32,000 nt of DNA from Aliivibrio fischeri ES114 (GTDB lineage: Bacteria; Pseudomonadota; Gammaproteobacteria; Enterobacterales; Vibrionaceae): NCBI RefSeq assembly GCF_000011805.1, contig NC_006841.2. The stretch is one strand, 5' to 3'. Below, one piece after another: positions 26,576 to 32,000 of this stretch. The position numbers were made by a program, and so were the translations under genes. The notes under the pieces were generated by a model that worked only from the letters and a program-made list of their open reading frames with translations, was not told where the DNA came from and did no database searches. Position 1 is the first letter of the stretch. Every line of letters starts with the position of its first letter.

Positions 26576-27832
26576 TTAAGTCATTTGGAAAGAAGTAAAA
26601 TTAACGGTAGTTATAAAGTCTTTCTCTGTTTGTTCTATGGTGAATGCCCAGTTCATTCTTTCACAAATACGTTCAACAATAACTAGGCCACAACCATATC
26701 CTGCATTATAGGTATCATTGCCATCGTGGCAGTTGGTAATGCAAAGTTGGTTGTTATTAAGCTCTATTTGAATGTCTCCTACACTGTAACTGAAAGCATT
26801 CTTGATTAAGTTATTTATCACAACGGTAATGAAGCTACTAGGAGCAAGACAAGGCTCTCCTTCAATAATTGAAAGTTGTGCTCCCATCTCTTGTTTTGCG
26901 AATAAAGGCTGTAAATGATTGAGCTGGGTTTTTAGAATATCTTCAATTTTATAATGATGAAAATGATGCGCTTCAATGTCTTGTTTACCTAAAAGCAAAA
27001 AGGTTTCTGTAAGCAGTGTCATCTCTTCACTGGCTTGATGTAAGCGATTAATTGCTTTTAGAGCAACATTTGGTTGATTTGGCACTTTTGCTAATAAGTC
27101 AGCAGAGCCTTGGATTACCATTATTGGTGTTCTTAATTCATGAGAAGCAAAGCGACTGAACTCTTTCTCTCTCGTAAAGAATTGAGCAATATGATGTTTG
27201 CTTTCTAAAAGAGAACGTTCAATCTCTTGGGTTTCTTGATATTTAGTATCAATAGTAAAGTCTGGGTGTTCGGGAGACATTAATCCTACTTTGTGTTGGA
27301 TATGACGAAGTGGCACCGAGATACTGCGAACAAAATAAATACCATATAAGATCATTAATATGGTTGATATAGTACCTAAGAAGAGAGTCAATGTGTGTAG
27401 GTTTGCCTCGTATTCATCTAAATAGTCATCTGCATCATCTTGAAAAAGTATATACAGTAGTCCCTTACCAGAAGGATGTGGACTAACGATAAAGTGCTTA
27501 TCTTCTGTGCCTAAAAGTTGCTCATATAGACCTGCTTTTTTATAGTTATTTAGCCAAAGAGGGTGCTCTCTTTCACTCCAATACGTAGAAAACTCATCTT
27601 CATTAGGTAATGGTGTATCTTCACCTAGTTGTGCGTATTTTTTGATGTATTGGTTTGCTTCTGTGTCTAACCAGTGATGTAAGCTAATGATCTCTAATTG
27701 ATCTTCTGCAATATAAATAACCGCCCAGAATAATCCGAACATCAAAAAAGTGAGGATGCCAAATGTCCAACGGATTTTTTTAAAAAAGCTTGGTTGTTGC
27801 GAGCCTTTATTTAAGTCGGTAGCCTTTTCCAT
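26576..27832 (-). CDS. sensor histidine kinase (two TM segments, ~110-aa periplasmic domain)
   Basis: H-box FASHELRTPIMVIQGSADLL, N-box NLIKNAFSYS, G-box GYGCGLVIVERI. TM segments are WTFGILTFLMFGLFWAVIYIA and LTLFLGTISTILMILYGIYFV. The start overlaps the response-regulator gene by 26 nt. Confidence 0.9.
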   Translation of the reverse strand: MEKATDLNKGSQQPSFFKKIRWTFGILTFLMFGLFWAVIYIAEDQLEIISLHHWLDTEANQYIKKYAQLGEDTPLPNEDEFSTYWSEREHPLWLNNYKKAGLYEQLLGTEDKHFIVSPHPSGKGLLYILFQDDADDYLDEYEANLHTLTLFLGTISTILMILYGIYFVRSISVPLRHIQHKVGLMSPEHPDFTIDTKYQETQEIERSLLESKHHIAQFFTREKEFSRFASHELRTPIMVIQGSADLLAKVPNQPNVALKAINRLHQASEEMTLLTETFLLLGKQDIEAHHFHHYKIEDILKTQLNHLQPLFAKQEMGAQLSIIEGEPCLAPSSFITVVINNLIKNAFSYSVGDIQIELNNNQLCITNCHDGNDTYNAGYGCGLVIVERICERMNWAFTIEQTEKDFITTVNFTSFQMT

Positions 27833-28484
27833 GAATGGTCTCTAGTCTTGGAATATCAAAATCTTTATCAATGGCGTTTCTTATGGTGTACAAGTGGCTT
27901 CTTAGGGCATCACTTGATGGTGATTCATCACCCCAAACGTGTTCAATGACTTCATTTTTACTAACAATATCAGGTGCTTTTTTCATTAATAACGCAATGA
28001 TTTTTAATTGTATCGGCGCTAATTTAATGAGTTTTTGTTGGCGATATAACGTGCCTGCTTTTACATCCATTTCCATGTCTTCAAAGGTCAGTTTACCTAT
28101 GTCAGTTCTTCTGCCTCGTTTAGATAAAGCTAATAAGCGTACGTGAAGTTCTTCCATGGCAAACGGTTTAACTAAATAATCATCACCACCGACTTCAAAA
28201 GCATGAATCTTATCTTCTAATGTATCTTTAGCGGTTAAAAAAAGAATAGGCGTGCTACAAGCATAATCATTACGCAGAACTTCAACGGTACTAATACCGT
28301 CGAGCTTGGGCATCATGATATCCATGACAATAACATCAAAGGTTTCTTCTTTTAATATTTCGATGGCCGCTGCACCGTGATAAGCACAGTCAATGTCAAT
28401 TCCAACAAGTTCTAAATAATCAGCAATGGTTTCTGCTACATGGTGATTATCTTCAACAATCAATACTTTCATCTTCTTCTTCAC
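27807..28484 (-). CDS. OmpR/PhoB-family response regulator
   Basis: Receiver domain (KVLIVEDNHHVAE...FDVIVMDIMMPKLDG...LTAKD...KPF) plus winged helix (LRSHLYTIRNAIDK...IHGKGYRL). Confidence 0.95.
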   Translation of the reverse strand: MKKKMKVLIVEDNHHVAETIADYLELVGIDIDCAYHGAAAIEILKEETFDVIVMDIMMPKLDGISTVEVLRNDYACSTPILFLTAKDTLEDKIHAFEVGGDDYLVKPFAMEELHVRLLALSKRGRRTDIGKLTFEDMEMDVKAGTLYRQQKLIKLAPIQLKIIALLMKKAPDIVSKNEVIEHVWGDESPSSDALRSHLYTIRNAIDKDFDIPRLETIHGKGYRLK

Positions 28485-28553
28485 GAATCCTTCACACTCT
28501 GTACGCTATTTTACCCTCATAAATTGCATTAAATATAATAATTAGGTTAAAAA

Positions 28554-29438
28554 ATGAAGAAAGTTGCTGTTTTATTATTAGGAAGTATGGTTTTAACGGG
28601 TTGTGGTTCTGATGAATCAAGTGATAGCCACGCATCAAGTACTTATATGGGGGAGATTGAGTCTGTTAATGCTCATGCTGATTCAATGACGGTTAATGCT
28701 ATGCCATTGAGCTTATCAAGCGCACAAATTGAGCTTAATGGCCATCGAGTTAGCTCATCTGAGCTTGAAATTGGTATGCAAGTTGATGTTGAATATGATG
28801 ATGATATTGCATACGAGGTGGATATTGATCCTGAAATTGTAGGTATCGTTTCTGAGGTTACAGCCAATACCATTAAAGTTAACGGTCAAGTTTTGAATAC
28901 AGCAAAAGATTTTACAGTAAATAACTTTAAAGGAAAAAGAGTGATGCTGTTTGGTTATGCGGATCAAAATGGAAATTGGACTATTAACTCTGCTTATGAA
29001 ATAGGTTCGATTCCTGTACAGGATTTATACGAAGGTAAGATTACCTCAACTCCAACGTTAAGTTCTTTTAATATTGGGACAATGAACATTAATTATTCGA
29101 ATGCTGATATTGACTCGGATGAGCTTCATAAGTTGAAACAAGGTGTTTGGGTCGAGATTGAAGGCTCTTATGATGAAACTTCTAAAGTTTTTACTGCTTA
29201 TGATGTCGATGTTGAAGATGATTTAGATTTAGCAAATGCGGAAGTAGAAGGTTACGTTACAGCATTAAATCATGATAAAACACTAATGACGCTAAACGGA
29301 AAAACCGATGTTGTTATTACTGAAAACACTCGTTTTGAAGATGGCATTAAAGATGAATTGAAAATTGGCTCTCGAGTTGATGTTGATTTGATAAATAATG
29401 CAGGTCAACTGCAAGCATCAGAAATTGAATTTGATTAA
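28554..29438 (+). CDS. acidic lipoprotein made of four tandem beta-rich repeats (DUF5666-like)
   Basis: Lipobox signal peptide MKKVAVLLLGSMVLTGC. Four ~60-70-aa repeats each contain a (M/I)x(V/L)NG core and a G-x-(V/W)-V-(D/E)-(V/I) segment: MTVNAMPL...IGMQVDVEY, TIKVNGQVL...GKRVMLFGY, SFNIGTMNI...QGVWVEIEGSY, LMTLNGKTD...IGSRVDVDL. Confidence 0.85.
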   Translation: MKKVAVLLLGSMVLTGCGSDESSDSHASSTYMGEIESVNAHADSMTVNAMPLSLSSAQIELNGHRVSSSELEIGMQVDVEYDDDIAYEVDIDPEIVGIVSEVTANTIKVNGQVLNTAKDFTVNNFKGKRVMLFGYADQNGNWTINSAYEIGSIPVQDLYEGKITSTPTLSSFNIGTMNINYSNADIDSDELHKLKQGVWVEIEGSYDETSKVFTAYDVDVEDDLDLANAEVEGYVTALNHDKTLMTLNGKTDVVITENTRFEDGIKDELKIGSRVDVDLINNAGQLQASEIEFD

Positions 29439-29453
29439 TTTGTGAAAATATAG

Positions 29454-29493
29454 AAAACCACTGGCTTTCATGAGTCAGTGGTTTTTTGTTTTT
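29454..29493 (+). terminator. rho-independent terminator of the lipoprotein gene
   Basis: Stem aaaaccactggct (29454-29466) and agtcagtggtttt (29473-29485), with one G-U pair, followed by ttgttttt. Confidence 0.8.
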
Positions 29494-29581
29494 ATGGGTA
29501 ATATAAAAAATAAGTCATCATTAATGCTTAATTAGCGTTACTATTTAGTTAGATATTGATGAGTATAAAGAAGGAAACACA

Positions 29582-30490
29582 ATGGCTGGGTTAAGTTTAT
29601 TAACACTATTAGACGATATCGCTTCAGTTCTTGATGATGTGGCATTGATGTCCAAAGTTGCAGCAAAGAAAACAGCAGGTGTTTTAGGGGATGATTTAGC
29701 GCTTAATGCACAGCAAGTTTCGGGAGTTAGAGCTGAGCGTGAGATCCCTGTTGTATGGGGCGTAGCAAAAGGCTCGCTCAAAAATAAATGTATTTTAGTT
29801 CCTGCTGCGTTATTAATTAGCTCAATCGCTCCTTGGTTAATTACACCATTATTATTAATTGGCGGTTTATTTTTGTGCTTTGAAGGGGCAGAAAAAGTTC
29901 ATGAGAAGTTTTTTGAACATCATGATGCGCAAAAGGAACATAAGAAAGAGAAAGAAACGAATCCAGAAGACATTGCCGATTATGAACAAAAGAAAATTAA
30001 AGGGGCGGTTCGTACTGACTTTATTCTTTCAGCTGAAATTATTGTGATTGCATTAGGTACAGTGCAAGGGCATCCATTTTTAACACAAGTATTGGTCATG
30101 AGTTTAATTGCGGTATTAATGACGATTGGTGTTTATGGCTTAGTTGCAGGTATTGTCAAAATGGATGATCTTGGGTTTTACTTACAACGAAAAAGTGAAG
30201 GTAAAGGCGTTATTGGTTCTATTGGTAATGGGTTAGTAGCAATGGCACCTAAGCTTATGAAATTACTGACGGTTGTTGGTACCATTGCTATGTTTTTAGT
30301 CGGTGGTGGTATTGTGGTACATAGCCTTCCATTTGTTCATCATGCACTAGAAAGTGTGACGAATCTGCTTCCTTCTATTCCTTATGTGTCTGCAACATAT
30401 CCAACGATTGGGAATGGATTTATTGGATTATTTAGTGGTTTTCTTTTGCTCTTTATTATGGCTATGTATCAAAAAGTAAAATCAAAATAA
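29582..30490 (+). CDS. yedI: DUF808 / YedI-family inner membrane protein
   Basis: The N-terminus MAGLSLLTLLDDIASVLDDVALMSKVAAKKTAGVLGDDLALNAQQVSGVRAEREIPVVWGVAKGSL matches the E. coli YedI N-terminus almost position for position, as I recall it. Several C-terminal TM helices. AAGGAA SD. Confidence 0.9.
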   Translation: MAGLSLLTLLDDIASVLDDVALMSKVAAKKTAGVLGDDLALNAQQVSGVRAEREIPVVWGVAKGSLKNKCILVPAALLISSIAPWLITPLLLIGGLFLCFEGAEKVHEKFFEHHDAQKEHKKEKETNPEDIADYEQKKIKGAVRTDFILSAEIIVIALGTVQGHPFLTQVLVMSLIAVLMTIGVYGLVAGIVKMDDLGFYLQRKSEGKGVIGSIGNGLVAMAPKLMKLLTVVGTIAMFLVGGGIVVHSLPFVHHALESVTNLLPSIPYVSATYPTIGNGFIGLFSGFLLLFIMAMYQKVKSK

Positions 30491-30492
30491 TA

Positions 30493-30867
30493 CTATTGAT
30501 CGTCTGTAAACTTAATAGCGATGGCTTCGGCGTTACCGCGTTCGAAGCCTGTATTTCCACCACCTTTTAATCCCCAAGTTCCTTCCTGTGATGCTCTAAC
30601 AATAATAGCGTCAGCACCCAACTTTTCAGCTTCATCCTGTAGTTTTGCAACCATTCCTTCGTTACTTCTATCGTGAAAAATTGTTTGGCCAGTTTGGGTA
30701 TTAATGATCCCGAGTTCAGTGTAGGTTCTCTCTGTTGGAGGACTATAGAAAACTTCTACAGGATGGGTATTCACGGAATTTTGATTGGTTACAGTTGTCG
30801 TCTTTGCACAACCAAAAAGGAATAGGCTTGAGATGATAACGAGAGATTTAATAAAAAATGATTTCAT
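30493..30867 (-). CDS. small lipoprotein, function unknown
   Basis: Lipobox signal peptide MKSFFIKSLVIISSLFLFGC. AGAGG SD 5 nt upstream. It is convergent with yedI, with only 2 nt between the stop codons. Confidence 0.75.
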   Translation of the reverse strand: MKSFFIKSLVIISSLFLFGCAKTTTVTNQNSVNTHPVEVFYSPPTERTYTELGIINTQTGQTIFHDRSNEGMVAKLQDEAEKLGADAIIVRASQEGTWGLKGGGNTGFERGNAEAIAIKFTDDQ

Positions 30868-31132
30868 ATTTGCCTCTGTAGTTTTAAAAGAGAAACAAGC
30901 CGATGCATGGAATCACCGGTTGTTTGAGGGATTGACGTAAACCTATATTAATTAATGTTCATGTACCGCTTCATAAAGCTTAGCATCGTTCCGCTTTAAG
31001 TAAGCTTTATCTTCAGTATTGATCTACATATTAAAGAAATTGGTGCGTTTAAAAAGAGAGAGCACACTATACTAACTATTTATAATATAAATGTATTGGT
31101 GCGCTATTTAAGTGCAAGTAAGGGAGTTGATG

Positions 31133-32000
31133 ATGTCAAAACAAAAAGATTTTGATATGAATCTATTACGGGTTTTTGTGTCCGTATGTCAAACAGGTTC
31201 GTTTACTAAAGCATCAGAAGAGTTAGATTTAACACAATCCTCTGTAAGTAATGCTATTCGCCGTTTAAAAAAGGCATTAGGCAACGAGTTATTTACGAGA
31301 TCTGGACGTGGTATCGAGATGACGGCTTTTGGAAAACACTTTTTTGAATCTGTGGAGCCGTCCGTTATGTCTCTAGTGAATATCATTGGTCGAGATGATA
31401 GGTTTGAGCCTTTGACATCGTCACGAAATTTTATTGTGTATGCTTTAGAGTCTGCATTACCGCGTCTGCAAATACGTTTAAGAGAGTTACTAAAGGATAG
31501 CAATATTACAGTGACGTTAAAGGAGCTTCCTAGCAATGAAGAAGAAACATTTGATGCATTGATGCGTGAAAAAGTGGATTTGGTACTTGATGTGATGAAA
31601 CCGCATCAATCTTCTTTAAAAAGTGTGATTGTTTCTGAAGATGCCGCTTGTTGCATCGCACGTATTGGACACCCTCGAATACTTGGAGAAATGACTCATG
31701 AATAGTATTTTAATGAGGCTCATGCATTTCTAAATATGCGAAGAGTAAAACAAACGATTACGGAATATTTAGCTAAAGAAGAACTACCAAAAAGAACTAT
31801 GGGGAGCGAACATACGTCCATGCTTGGTATGATGGCTTGTGTTTCTCAATCTGATTTTGTTGGTGTTAACTCTGTTCGATTAGTTTCACAATATAAAGAA
31901 CAATTTAAATTGCAAATGTTGCCATTACCTTTCTCAACACGTACAACTTCAATTCATATGATTTGGTCCATAAAGTCGCAAAGCAATAGTGCAAATCAAT
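31133..32000 (+). pseudogene. LysR-family transcriptional regulator interrupted by an in-frame TAG at 31703..31705; continues past the window edge
   Basis: LysR HTH: DMNLLRVFVSVCQTGSFTKASEELDLTQSSVSNAIRRLKKALGNELFTRSGRGIEMT. After ...HPRILGEMTHE-TAG the same frame stays open for 98 codons to position 31999 (YFNEAHAFLNMRRVKQTITEYL...SIHMIWSIKSQSNSANQ), which is the expected continuation of a LysR effector domain. AGGGAG SD precedes ATG 31130/31133. Confidence 0.8.

Noticed and set aside
30488-30495. Convergent yedI and lipoprotein genes with only 2 nt between stops and no terminator hairpin
   Set aside because: It is unusual-looking but not interpretable from sequence alone. Termination may occur inside the opposing gene. 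It gives no evidence of a functional element.
1-32000. CRISPR arrays, tandem repeats, IS elements, rRNA and tRNA genes
   Set aside because: I scanned the intergenic regions by eye and found no regularly spaced direct repeats, no terminal inverted repeats flanking an ORF, and no tRNA-like GC-rich cloverleaf segments.

Overview
AT-rich gammaproteobacterial chromosomal window. The gene content looks Vibrionaceae-like, but that is inference only. I support about 27 protein-coding genes. I saw no rRNA, tRNA, CRISPR array, transposase or integrase.

Gene order, left to right:
- A partial EAL+PAS c-di-GMP protein, open at the window edge and therefore absent from the ORF track.
- A methyl-accepting chemotaxis protein.
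- ToxR-type membrane regulator #1.
- glpC-glpB-glpA (anaerobic glycerol-3-phosphate dehydrogenase).
- A divergently transcribed 1387-aa fused formate dehydrogenase (2Fe-2S, GltD-like, ferredoxin and Mo-bisPGD modules).
- pepT.
- A very AT-rich, regulator-dense stretch: XRE, AraC, a YjbR-family protein, an unclassifiable 186-aa protein divergent from a 500-aa regulator (XRE, degenerate ImmA-like core, Cys-rich tail), and ToxR-type regulator #2.
- kefG-kefC-like, an SMR exporter, and a YbcJ-like S4 protein with a polylysine tail.
- An OmpR-type two-component system co-oriented with a YcbX-like MOSC/2Fe-2S protein.
- A four-repeat lipoprotein, yedI, and a small lipoprotein.
- A LysR-type gene broken by one in-frame TAG, running off the right edge.

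Best candidates for something undescribed:
1. The self-contained divergent pair at 17878..20100.
2. The two partner-less ToxR-type paralogues, which share upstream motifs.
3. The fused NAD(P)H-type formate dehydrogenase, which shares a control region with glpABC.

All family assignments come from motif recognition by eye. No database search was possible, so novelty is unproven.
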